Of a stretch of DNA of 64,000 nucleotides, positions 53,903 to 63,841 are shown one piece after another; position 1 is the first letter of the stretch; every line of letters starts with the position of its first letter. The notes under the pieces are model-generated. The model had not been told where the DNA came from and did not search any database. It worked only from the letters and a program-made list of their open reading frames with translations. Location of the stretch: positions 1 through 64,000 of IMG/VR virus record IMGVR_UViG_3300021364_003460; one strand, given 5' to 3'. The position numbers were made by a program, and so were the translations under genes. Source of the DNA: a virus.

Positions 53903-54272
53903 GTGAAAACTATGCTACCTCATTGGACTAAAGTTAGACTTACTGAAGATATTGCTTGCTCTACAGTAGAAAAAGGTGATGAAGGTGTTGTGATAGATTC
54001 CATTCTAATACCAAACAAAACTTTTTATTTAGTTCAAGTAACAGATAAAGAAGAAATTATTACAGCGGTAGAAGAAAGTTTAGTAAATGTGGATTTAAAC
54101 TAATATGACTTTTAAGAAAGGTGACAAAGTAAAGTTAACTAAAGACTTTCCTCCTAAGTATAAACAAGGTGAAGAAGTCAATGTAACAGAAGCTTATGAA
54201 GCGGTAGATTACTCTACTATGTATTATGAAGTTAACGCTGACATTACTGTAGAAGAAGAGGATATTGAATGA
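53903..54272 (+). other. two small SH3-like beta-barrel ORFs (53903-54103; 54105-54272, not in track)
   Basis: KVRLTED...KGDEGVV...YLV and FKKGDKVKLTKD...G...V...YYEV patterns. Confidence 0.5.
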
Positions 54273-54499
54273 TGGATGAATTAGACAACTTATTAGACAA
54301 CTATAGTAAACCTGATTTAGAAATACCTTTAGAAAAAAGATTTGAAATAGCTAAATTTAATAATCTTATTGAAGGTGCTAGTAAAGAGCAAGCTATTGAG
54401 TTAGCTAAACAAGCTTGGAAATTGATGCTTATTAGAGAGCATACTATGAATGAACTACTCAAGTATGAATGGGGATTAACGGATACCAAAGCTGCATAA
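54269..54499 (+). CDS. nblA: phycobilisome degradation protein NblA
   Basis: LEIPLEKRFEIAKF...S.EQA.EL....WKLMLIREHTMNELLKYEWG matches NblA LSLEQQF...MS.EQA...L..QM..RE..Y..LLK..WG. Confidence 0.88.
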   Translation: MMDELDNLLDNYSKPDLEIPLEKRFEIAKFNNLIEGASKEQAIELAKQAWKLMLIREHTMNELLKYEWGLTDTKAA

Positions 54500-55100
54500 A
54501 GTGGATATTAAATATGAAGCTCTTAATAAAGGGTTATTTAAACACACTACTAATCCAGGATTAATAAAAGAAGTTCTGTTAGAAAACTACATTGAAAAGT
54601 GTCCTAACAGAACTAGGTTAGTAAAAGAAATAGCTTACTGTCTTGTTACTTCTATTGGAGAAAGAGTTGTTAGGAAAGAATACAGAGTAGCTTACTATAG
54701 CTGCTCCACTACTGATTGGAAATATAAAGTAGTCTTTCCTAGAGTTAAATACTTTAAGTCACTTAATGATTTGATAATAATAGATATCTCTATTTTAGAA
54801 ACAAATAGAGATATATTATTTGATAAATATAGATGGTTTAAAGAAGATTTAATTAAAGAGTTAGAAAACTATGGAGAATGAAAAATATTTTGTATCTCAG
54901 GCGTTATTAGAAAATAATAGTAGTAAACCTTTACTAATTAGAAGCCCAGATTTTCCTGAGTTAAATAATCAAAGTTTACCTGTTGGATTTAGCGGTATTA
55001 TGCAGTTTATTTACCCTAGTGATTTAAAGTTAAGAAAAGATAGCTGGATTAATAGTAAGGGTACTCCTGTGGTCTATTTAGAATTAGTAGATAAAGATTT

Positions 55101-55505
55101 CTAAATTGTACCAACTAAAAACAAAGTTAAATCTATTGCTTCTACAGAAGTATTTCTAATAGTAATAGTATTAGAATTAAGAGTAGTTGGTAATGCAGCA
55201 GGCACTATATTATCTACAAACAGAATAGTACCTTCTACAACTTGAGTACCATAGGTTAACTCTATCTTTTGAGTAGTATCTACAGCTATAGACTTTAGAA
55301 ACTTAATTCCTAAGTCAGCTAATACTACATTAACAATCTGACCAGCAGTTAACAAATAAGGTAGCTTGTAAGATTTACAGTTCTCAATTACATTATCATT
55401 AGCTTGCAGAATGAAGTGTTCTTCTCTTTCTTTATAAGTAGAAGGACTTGTACCGCTAACTTCTTTAGTATTGTAATTTAAATTATATGAGTAAAGTAAA
55501 GACAT
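55101..55505 (-). CDS. hypothetical beta-rich protein, possibly structural
   Basis: Isolated minus-strand ORF; V/I/T-rich. Confidence 0.5.
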   Translation of the reverse strand: MSLLYSYNLNYNTKEVSGTSPSTYKEREEHFILQANDNVIENCKSYKLPYLLTAGQIVNVVLADLGIKFLKSIAVDTTQKIELTYGTQVVEGTILFVDNIVPAALPTTLNSNTITIRNTSVEAIDLTLFLVGTI

Positions 55506-56046
55506 GATTTATAATGAAAGTAATGAATACTTATTCTGCCCTGAATACTTTAGACTTAACTGTGCAAGCTATGAAGTAAAGTGTTCTGAGTGTGGAGGCT
55601 GCACTGGTGAAGGTAGTTTAGAGTATATTCCTATTAAACCTTATCCTTTATTAGCTAAGAAAAAACATCCTTATTTACTACATCAAAAGAAAACTAAGAA
55701 AGATGCTACTAGAAAAGAAAAGTTAGCAAAGAGGTCTACTGAAACTAGTAAGATTGTTAAGAAAGCTCTTAGAAGTGAACGCAACAGTCTAAAAAGTATA
55801 GGAGCTAAAGGTACTATTGCTAGTGGAAGGTTTGATGGTTCTGGAGATGGATTTATATCAATCAATGATATCAAATACTATATAGAAGTAAAAACTAGAT
55901 ATTCTGATAATGCTTCTATGTTTCCTACTAGTGCTGAATGGAATAAAGCAACCAACCAAGGCTGCAAGTTATTTGTAGTAGAATCAGCTAGAGGTAGTAC
56001 AGTTACTATGAGTAAAGAAACATTTATGGAGATATTAGGTTTATAA
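55504..56046 (+). CDS. PD-(D/E)XK nuclease, Holliday-junction-resolvase-like, with N-terminal Cys cluster
   Basis: C...NC...C.EC; SG....SGDG...YIEVKT; lies upstream of recA. Confidence 0.6.
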   Translation: MIYNESNEYLFCPEYFRLNCASYEVKCSECGGCTGEGSLEYIPIKPYPLLAKKKHPYLLHQKKTKKDATRKEKLAKRSTETSKIVKKALRSERNSLKSIGAKGTIASGRFDGSGDGFISINDIKYYIEVKTRYSDNASMFPTSAEWNKATNQGCKLFVVESARGSTVTMSKETFMEILGL

Positions 56047-56688
56047 TTATGCAAACTATAATAATGATGGCTGAGTTTGAAGGTAAATGCTTCTGGCAAC
56101 CTAAAAATGATTACTCAGCAGAATGGAAATTATGGCTACCTACTGGAGCAGCTATTGATATAGAAGACTTACCTTTAAGTTGGGAACTAAATAATCAACT
56201 AACTGAATGGGTAGAGTTCTATGATGAACACTTTGATAATACCAAGTTAATTTCTTTAGCAAAAAAAGAAGTAGCAAAAGATAACTTTGATATTTTAGGT
56301 AAACATTTATGGCAGCTAGTTAAAGAAGAATTAGCTGGTGAATATAATGTAGTTTACTATAGTGAGTTAGAAAAAAAGGTGTTAGATGCTTAATGAAGAA
56401 TTGAAAAAAGAATTAAAAGAACTAATTATACAATTATTAGGAATGGGATTAATATTAACTATTCTTGCTTTAGTTGTAATACCTTTTTGTTTTTTACTAA
56501 CAGTTTTATCTTATTATATAATTACATTTTTAATAGACTTACTATTTTAGTTATGACTAAAGAAAAGAAAGAAGAGCAGCAGGAAAAAGAAGATAAGAAA
56601 GAAAAGTATGTAAATAAACCTGGTGGTAGAAAGTAATACTTAGAGAAGCTCAGGTAGATAACAACAGTTAAATATACAACTGAATAAT

Positions 56689-57747
56689 ATGTCAGATGAA
56701 ATCACTTCATTGAAAGAATTAAAAGCTTTAGACTCTCAAATGTTTAAAATGTTTGGGGAGGATTATTATGGTATAACTAATAGGAAAAAAAATGTACAAA
56801 AATATACTTTCTTTCCTACTAGATGTCACTCTATTAATAAAGCTTTAGGTGGTAAAGGTATACCAGAAGGGGGAGTAATTAACATAGCAGGTCAAAAATC
56901 CACAGGGAAATCAGCTTTAGCCCAACTAATAATGGCTGATTTCCAAGCTCAGAATAAAATAGTAGCTTATTTTGAAGCTGGTGAAGCTTCCTTTGACCCT
57001 AGAATAGCTAATTCTTTAGGTCTAGATATAAATAAAATGATTTATGTACCTGGACCTGCCTCTGCTGAACAGATATTAGAAGGTATGAGAACAGTAATTA
57101 AAAGTGGGGTAGTTTCTTTAGTTTGTTTAGATTCAGTTAGTGGACTTAGCCCTAGAGTAGAACAAGAAGAAAAGTCCTTAGATGAAGCTACTATGGCTAT
57201 TGTACCTAGATTGCTTAGTAGATTACTAAAAGAAGTGGCTCCTATTTGTAGAAAAAATAAAACCACATTATTATTTATTAACCAAGTTAGGTCTAATTTA
57301 GGAGGTTATGGAAGTAGTGAAGTAGAACCAGGAGGTAATGCTATACCTTTTTATGCAACTATATTAGCTAAAACTAGAAGAGTAGAAATATTAAAGAAAG
57401 GAGCTAATGAAATAGGTATAAAAATAGAACTTAAAACTAACAAAAACAAAGTAGCTCCTCCCTTTACTAAAGGTACTTTTGATATCTTATTTGGGGATGA
57501 GAATGAACCAGGTTGTATAGATATCTATGGAGATGTAATAGATATAGCTTTTGATAAAGGTATAATTAAAGGTAGTAAATCTTGGATGGAATACCCTGCT
57601 GGTAATAAAATTAATGGTAGGGAAAAAATGAGAGAATACTTAAAAGATAACTCTAATATATTTACTCAATTAAGAGAAGAATTAAAACATGACAACACCA
57701 CTACAGAAACCACAGAGGAAAAAGACTACCAAGAAGAGGCAGCTTAA
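56689..57747 (+). CDS. recA: RecA/UvsX recombinase
   Basis: GQKSTGKS, LDSVSGL, FINQVR, PGGNAIPFYA, KNKVAPPF. Confidence 0.95.
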   Translation: MSDEITSLKELKALDSQMFKMFGEDYYGITNRKKNVQKYTFFPTRCHSINKALGGKGIPEGGVINIAGQKSTGKSALAQLIMADFQAQNKIVAYFEAGEASFDPRIANSLGLDINKMIYVPGPASAEQILEGMRTVIKSGVVSLVCLDSVSGLSPRVEQEEKSLDEATMAIVPRLLSRLLKEVAPICRKNKTTLLFINQVRSNLGGYGSSEVEPGGNAIPFYATILAKTRRVEILKKGANEIGIKIELKTNKNKVAPPFTKGTFDILFGDENEPGCIDIYGDVIDIAFDKGIIKGSKSWMEYPAGNKINGREKMREYLKDNSNIFTQLREELKHDNTTTETTEEKDYQEEAA

Positions 57748-58372
57748 TAAACTACCTGCTAGTCTACCTAACTATAAGTATGAAGCTTTTAGTTATAAAG
57801 ATATTCAGAGAGCTGCCAGTTACTTCCAAGCTGAGTTAGCTAAAATTGAAAAGCTTATAGGTAAAGTAACTCAAATTAATAAACCTGAATCAGTTAGATA
57901 TGGTAGTACAGTAAATACTCCAAACTTCTATAATGCTGCTTTTACTCAAGCTACTAATCCTGCTAGTTATCTAGATTTACCTCCTCAACCTCCTAGAGTA
58001 TTCCCTGCTGGTACAGGAATCAATCCATATCAGCCTGGTATTGCTGGAGCTACTTTAGATATGCCAACTGTAGGTGGAGGTATTACTCCTAAAGCAGAAG
58101 TGTATGAGACTTTACAACAACCCGCAATAGTAGATAACAGTGCCGACTTAGAAAGTGAACTAAAAGATATGTTAAATCAGAATGCAAATTAGTTTAAAAG
58201 ATAGTATTGAACACAAGGCAAAGTTAGCTTATCAAGAATTCTATAATGAATACAAACATTCTTTCTGTTTAGGTAGCTGGGAACAGTTAATTGAAGAGCA
58301 GAAGCAACATTATAGAAAAAAAGCTGCTAAACAAATATGGTCTAGTTGGGACTATGAGAAATAAATAAAAGT

Positions 58373-58400
58373 AAAGCTCTCTAGTAATAGAGGGCTTTTA
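58373..58400 (+). terminator. intrinsic terminator
   Basis: AAAGCTCTCT-agtaat-AGAGGGCTTTTT. Confidence 0.65.
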
Positions 58401-58405
58401 AACTT

Positions 58406-59437
58406 ATGTCTAACAAAGGATTAAGTAAACACACTTTAAAAAGCTACAGTAAAAAGAAACCTCAGTTACGTAGGTATATTAAACAAGGTTATGAAGAACA
58501 TACTTTGTTACCTAATAGAAGTATTAGACATAGAAAATGGGATAGAAGAAATCCTTATAAAATAGTTGAAAAGTATTTAGAGTCTAAAGTAGGTTGCAAC
58601 TGGAATGATGTTTACTCAGAACTTAGAAGTAAAATAGGATATTTTAAAGTAGAAGATTATATCAAATCTTTTACTATTAAAAAATATAAAAGACTAACTT
58701 GGAGTAGATATGGTAAAGTTTACTATTCTATAGATAAAAAAATTAAAGGTATTAGACCAGGTGAATTTTATATAGACTCAAATAACTTACTTCAACAAGT
58801 ACCCAAAAAGAGAAAGATAAATAAAGTAAAAAAACCTATAGTTATCAAGATAGATGATAACCATGAGTATAGATATTTAGAGAATAAAGCTAGTTGGTAT
58901 TACTATTACAAAGATATTACTAAAAAAGTAAAGAAAAGATTAGTAGTAGACAGTAAAGGCAAACCTGTTTTTTACAATAGACTTAACTGTAAAATATTAG
59001 ACCCTATGTTGTTAGGTACTCCTATGTTTACTTATCAGACTGTAGAAAAGGTAACTTGGGAAAGAGATCCTATAGATACGTTTGGTAATTATCATAGATT
59101 AAAACTTAGAAATTTAGGAGTGTTCTTATGATAGTAAAAAGTGGTCAAGATGATTATGACTGGCATTAGAGAAAAACTCTACTCTGAAATCTTTGTTGAG
59201 TTACCTATATTAGCTAAAGAACAAAAGTGGGCTATAACTGCTGACCACTGTATAGGAAGAATAATTTATGACTCTGTAATGAGTTGTAAGTGGAGTAAGG
59301 TAGTTAAGTCACCTTTCTATAAGAATGCTGAGTTGAGTAAAGTTGAGGAAGCTCTATTAGTGTGCGATCGCCTAAAGGTGGAAGGTAAAATATTAGCTGA
59401 CAAGTTGAATGAAGAGAGTTTGAGATATAGAAAATGA
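58406..59437 (+). other. two conserved hypothetical ORFs (58406-59131 basic; 59141-59437)
   Basis: YLESKVGCNWNDVYSE; DHCIGRIIYD...W...P.YK...LNEESLRYR patterns; function unknown. Confidence 0.6.
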
Positions 59438-60531
59438 TAGATATTTACAGCTTAAATGAGATACCTAAAAAGTTTAATAAACAAGGACTCTGTTATTTTG
59501 GTAAGCTGACTAAAGAAGAGTTGCCTTTAGATTGTGAGCTAGAGTATGTTCCAGGCTATACCAATATATACCTAAACTCATTTGAAGAAGACTTTGTGCA
59601 GTTTGAGTACATGGATGGATTTAGTCCTAACCTTAATAAGAAGCTACACTTAGGTCATCTTAGTAACTTTATCTTTGCTAAAACTTTTCAATCACTGGGA
59701 GTTAGTAAACAAACTATTGCTATCTATGGAGATACCTTAAAAGGAACTGACTACACCAATAAAAATCAGATAATGTTTGACTACAAAGTAGATAAAGAAT
59801 ACTTTGCTAGTCAGATGACACTTAGTGATGACAGTATATTAAGTAATGGTAAGGGTAAGTATGAAGGTGCTAAAGTCTGGCAAGATAATGTAATGATTAA
59901 GTCCAATGGAGGTACTACATACTTCTATCAAGATGTAGCTCTAAGACAGCATCTAAAGTTACCAACTCTATACTTAACTGGACAAGAACAAGTAAATCAC
60001 TTTGCTGAACTTAAAAAGTATGATGGCAATGTTACTCATATAGGATTAGGTTTAGTCAACCTTAATGGCAGCAAGATGAGTTCTAGAGAAGGTAATGTTG
60101 TCTTTATGGAAGAAGTTGTAAGTAAACTAAATGAAGGTTTTAATAACTTAAAGTTAACTTACAATGTGCTGGCTGGTAGTCTTATTAAAAGTAATCCCAC
60201 TACTAATAAGAATATAAACATGACTGACTTAATGGATGTAAAGAAATCATTAGGTCTGTATGTGAGCTATTCACTGGCTAGATTAGATAAGCTACCTATT
60301 GAGTTTGAAAAGGTAGAAATTAGCCCTTTAGTTAAGTATCTGTATGCTAAGTCTAAAATTAAGTTGAATCCTTCTATATTGTTCAATAAGTTAGTAGAGG
60401 TGTGTCAAGCTTTCAATGGAGACTATGAAAGTAAAAGTAGTCAGGAGAATGTTGAGTTGTATTCTCAATATAAGGTAGATGCGGAGTATATGTTTGATAA
60501 GTTAGGGTTGTATAAGGTTGAGAAGGTGTAG
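59434..60531 (+). CDS. argS: miniature arginyl-tRNA-synthetase-like protein
   Basis: FSPNLNKKLHLGHL (HIGH), KSNGGTTYFYQD, YLTGQEQ..HF, KMSSREG, YVSYSLARL. Confidence 0.78.
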   Translation: MIDIYSLNEIPKKFNKQGLCYFGKLTKEELPLDCELEYVPGYTNIYLNSFEEDFVQFEYMDGFSPNLNKKLHLGHLSNFIFAKTFQSLGVSKQTIAIYGDTLKGTDYTNKNQIMFDYKVDKEYFASQMTLSDDSILSNGKGKYEGAKVWQDNVMIKSNGGTTYFYQDVALRQHLKLPTLYLTGQEQVNHFAELKKYDGNVTHIGLGLVNLNGSKMSSREGNVVFMEEVVSKLNEGFNNLKLTYNVLAGSLIKSNPTTNKNINMTDLMDVKKSLGLYVSYSLARLDKLPIEFEKVEISPLVKYLYAKSKIKLNPSILFNKLVEVCQAFNGDYESKSSQENVELYSQYKVDAEYMFDKLGLYKVEKV

Positions 60532-60758
60532 ATAGCAAGTATCAAGCTTGTTCAACTTTTCCATTCACCTTTTCAGACTTTTCTTTGAGTCAAATAGGTT
60601 GTAGCCTTTCTATTGAGCAACTAGACAAATAACAAGAGTAAGTTAACCTAAAGATAGTAAGATAAGTAAGACTACTAGAAGTCAACCTAGAATAAGACCT
60701 CTAAGTGAGAACCTAAGAGGTCTAAGACTAAGTAGTCTATCTAGATAGCAACCCTAAG

Positions 60759-62234
60759 CTAAGTTATAAGACCTCCCTCTAAGTCTGTAGTTATCCTAAG
60801 TAAGGAAGCTTGCGCCCTAACAGCCTCCTTCATTTTACTCTCTAAAGACTTTACTAAATTACCTTTATTGTAGTGTACTGTAAATCCATCATGCTGAAAG
60901 AGAGTAATAGACATATATTTACTATTCTCTTTAGCTATATCAAAGACTGGCTTAAGTAATACCATCTCCATTAGTTGAGCCTCCTGAGCTAACAAAGACT
61001 TAACACAGTCATGTCTTTCTTTATCAGTATTACCTTCTACTAAAAGTTCTCTACCATCATGCCAGTCTAAAGTTAACTTACCCTCTTCTAAGACTTTAGT
61101 TATCTTAGCTTCTCTGGCTTTATAAAGAGCTGCCATAATGGGACGGGCTAACACATCAGCACCCTTCTTGGCTATCTTTAGTTTCTTAAATCCTTTAGTC
61201 AGTCTAGCTAATAAACATGACTTCTTCATACCATAAATAAGAGAATAAAGACTTTCTTTAAGTAAACCTTTGAGAGCATCAAACCAACCAGGGTTATTTA
61301 ATTTATTGTAAGTATAGTTAATTCCTAAATGAGTAAAGAGGGAAGTCCAGATATGGTTGCCTGATTGTAAGAATTCTTGTACTTCTGTTATGTTCCATAG
61401 TTTAGCTACTATAGCCAACTGACTACTAACTAAATCATACTCATACCAACCCTTACAGATGGCTTTTCTTAGCTTTCTACAAAGAAGTAGTATACTTTCC
61501 CCATGAGGAAATATCCTTACTGTTCTACCAGCACTGCTAGGTTTGTAGTAAGGCTTAGGATTCTCATATATAGATAGAAGTATCTTAGTTTCTATTTCTC
61601 TTAAAGTAGCGTCCTTAGTAGGCTTGAGTTTAGGGTTAGTTTCATTAGACTCTAATCTAGCCAGCACACTAGACACATGGTCAAGGTTTTCTTTAACTTT
61701 GCTAGTAAAAAGATTAGAAGGTAAATTATTTAAGTATTCTAATAAAGGTAGTGCCTCTACAGAAGCATTATCATAGAATCTCTTAACTTCCTCTTCTAAC
61801 TCCTTTCTAATTTCACCAGGAGTATTCTTATTAGCTTTCTTTAAAGTAATAAAGTTGATCATGTTTGTACTGTTACCTATAGGAAAATAACCTAACTCTT
61901 TTTGAATATAATACTGTACTTCTAAAGCAAAGTAAGGAATAGCTGACCTAGCTTTACCTTCTTCATAACTGTACTCTTTAATAGCTAACTTTAAACCTGT
62001 TTCTTCTTGAAATTTAGTTAGATAGTTGCCTGCATTGTAGCGGTGATTTTTAAGTTTCTTATAGCAACCTTCACAACTAGCTAAAGTATGTCTATCTAAA
62101 ACAGTATAGTTTTCTTTGTTCTTACTAAAGATAAGTTTGAGAACTAGCTTTCTGTAACCAGCATTATCTTTAAGAACTGGGTAATGTTCAAGAAGAGAGT
62201 TAGTTAACTCTTGAGATATTAATCTTTTTATCAT
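60759..62234 (-). CDS. stand-alone family-A-polymerase-like palm/fingers protein with no exonuclease motifs seen
   Basis: YDLVSSQ (motif A), LLKESLYSLIYG (motif B), AQEAQLME, FQHDGF (motif C). Confidence 0.7.
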   Translation of the reverse strand: MIKRLISQELTNSLLEHYPVLKDNAGYRKLVLKLIFSKNKENYTVLDRHTLASCEGCYKKLKNHRYNAGNYLTKFQEETGLKLAIKEYSYEEGKARSAIPYFALEVQYYIQKELGYFPIGNSTNMINFITLKKANKNTPGEIRKELEEEVKRFYDNASVEALPLLEYLNNLPSNLFTSKVKENLDHVSSVLARLESNETNPKLKPTKDATLREIETKILLSIYENPKPYYKPSSAGRTVRIFPHGESILLLCRKLRKAICKGWYEYDLVSSQLAIVAKLWNITEVQEFLQSGNHIWTSLFTHLGINYTYNKLNNPGWFDALKGLLKESLYSLIYGMKKSCLLARLTKGFKKLKIAKKGADVLARPIMAALYKAREAKITKVLEEGKLTLDWHDGRELLVEGNTDKERHDCVKSLLAQEAQLMEMVLLKPVFDIAKENSKYMSITLFQHDGFTVHYNKGNLVKSLESKMKEAVRAQASLLRITTDLEGGLIT

Positions 62235-62361
62235 ATAATTAAAATATATATTGAGATTGGATTGAAATATATAAGTTAGACTTAGTAGTTAAAGAGGGAG
62301 TTATTAGAAGTAGCTGCCTCTATTTTAATGTATACATTTATAGTACCAAAAAGGGCTAGTT

Positions 62362-62511
62362 ATGGCAAGGAGAAAGTGGGTTGAAAAAAGAATTAAAATA
62401 AGCTTTTCACAAACAGAAATAGATAAATTAGAAGCTTATTGTGAAAAGCATGAAAGAGAATATAGTGATGTGATTAGAGAGCTAGTAAGAAATCTAAAAG
62501 TGGAGGATTAA
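62362..62511 (+). CDS. CopG/ribbon-helix-helix protein, 49 aa, not in ORF track
   Basis: Hand translation MARRKWVEKRIKISFSQTEIDKLEAYCEKHEREYSDVIRELVRNLKVED. Confidence 0.75.
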   Translation: MARRKWVEKRIKISFSQTEIDKLEAYCEKHEREYSDVIRELVRNLKVED

Positions 62512-62740
62512 AAATGACAACTTACATTGAAGTAGAATCAACCTTAGACTTGCATAATAAAGTAGATGAACTAATAGGAGACTTACCTATTGCTTGGTCT
62601 ACTGCTAACAGATTACAGTATCCCCATGCAGAAGTAACTTATGAAACTTCTTATATTAATGGACTTAAAAAAGCTAAAGTTAGATTAGTTAAAGATGTAT
62701 ATGATGAATCTAAAGTAGAGGAGTATGAGGTAACTTTAAA

Positions 62741-63841
62741 ATGATTAACCTTTACCTTAAAGACAGTTTAACCAACCAACTAAAACTGTTTACTCCTATT
62801 CAACCTAACCATGTAAACATATATGCTTGTGGAATAACCCCTTATGATTTCTCTCATATAGGTCATGCTAGATCAGCTATTACATGGGATATTTTAATCA
62901 GGTATTTAAAGTACCTTGGTTATTCAGTCAACTACATTAACAACGTAACTGACATAGATGACAAGATTATTGAGAAAGCAAAAGTTAATAATGCTCCTGC
63001 TTTAGAAGTTAGTGATTACTACTTTAAAGAATATCAGAAAGAGTTAGCAGCTTTAAATGTGATACCTGCTGATAACTACCCTAAAGTTAGTGAAAATATA
63101 CCTCATATTATTAAGTTTATTCAAGAGTTAATTGCTAAAGAGGCAGCTTATGTGGCAGGAGATGGAGTTTACTTTAACCTCAACTCAGCAGCTAACTACG
63201 GTAAATTATCTAACAGAGATAGTCAAAGTTGCAGCTATCAAGACTTTGCTTTATGGAAATTAACTAAAGATAATGGCTGGGATAGTCTTTGGGGTTATGG
63301 TAGACCCGGCTGGCATATTGAGTGTTCTACATTTATAAAAATTTATATAGGAGATACAGTAGATATACATTGTGGAGGTAGTGATTTAGTATTTCCACAT
63401 CATGAGAATGAAATAGCACAGTCAGAAACCTTAACTGGTAAACCTTTAGCAAACTATTGGTTACATAATGGTATGGTTAAAATTGATGGTAAAAAGATGT
63501 CTAAGTCATTAGGTAATACTATTACTATCAAAGATGTGTTAGCTAAATATCATCCTCACACTCTTAGAATGTTATTCCTACAAACTGGGTATCACAAACC
63601 AGTTAACATTACAGAAGAGTCTTTAAAGGCTGCTGAAAATGCTTATCTTAAATTAGAGAAATCTGCTAACTTATCTCATACTTATATACTATCTGAAGAA
63701 AATCCTTACCTTAAAAAGTTTGAAGAATATATGTCAGACGACTTAAATACAGCTAAGGTATCTGCACTAATGTTTAAGTTAGCTAAAGAAAAAAAGTATT
63801 CTATTTTAAAACAAATAATGAATTTAGTTGGATTACTATGA
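62741..63841 (+). CDS. cysS: cysteinyl-tRNA synthetase, C-terminally short
   Basis: YACGITPYD, HIGH, DIDDKII, DFALWK, GRPGWHIECS, HCGGSDLVFPHHENE, KMSKSLGN, DDLNT. Confidence 0.93.
   Translation: MINLYLKDSLTNQLKLFTPIQPNHVNIYACGITPYDFSHIGHARSAITWDILIRYLKYLGYSVNYINNVTDIDDKIIEKAKVNNAPALEVSDYYFKEYQKELAALNVIPADNYPKVSENIPHIIKFIQELIAKEAAYVAGDGVYFNLNSAANYGKLSNRDSQSCSYQDFALWKLTKDNGWDSLWGYGRPGWHIECSTFIKIYIGDTVDIHCGGSDLVFPHHENEIAQSETLTGKPLANYWLHNGMVKIDGKKMSKSLGNTITIKDVLAKYHPHTLRMLFLQTGYHKPVNITEESLKAAENAYLKLEKSANLSHTYILSEENPYLKKFEEYMSDDLNTAKVSALMFKLAKEKKYSILKQIMNLVGLL

Noticed and set aside
3798-57266. Short track ORFs antisense to or nested in real genes (3798, 13152, 14578, 15024, 17849, 20696, 36525, 40969, 41743, 46298, 51987, 54301, 55683, 55878, 57042)
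   Set aside because: Shadow frames of well-supported genes with no motifs or RBS
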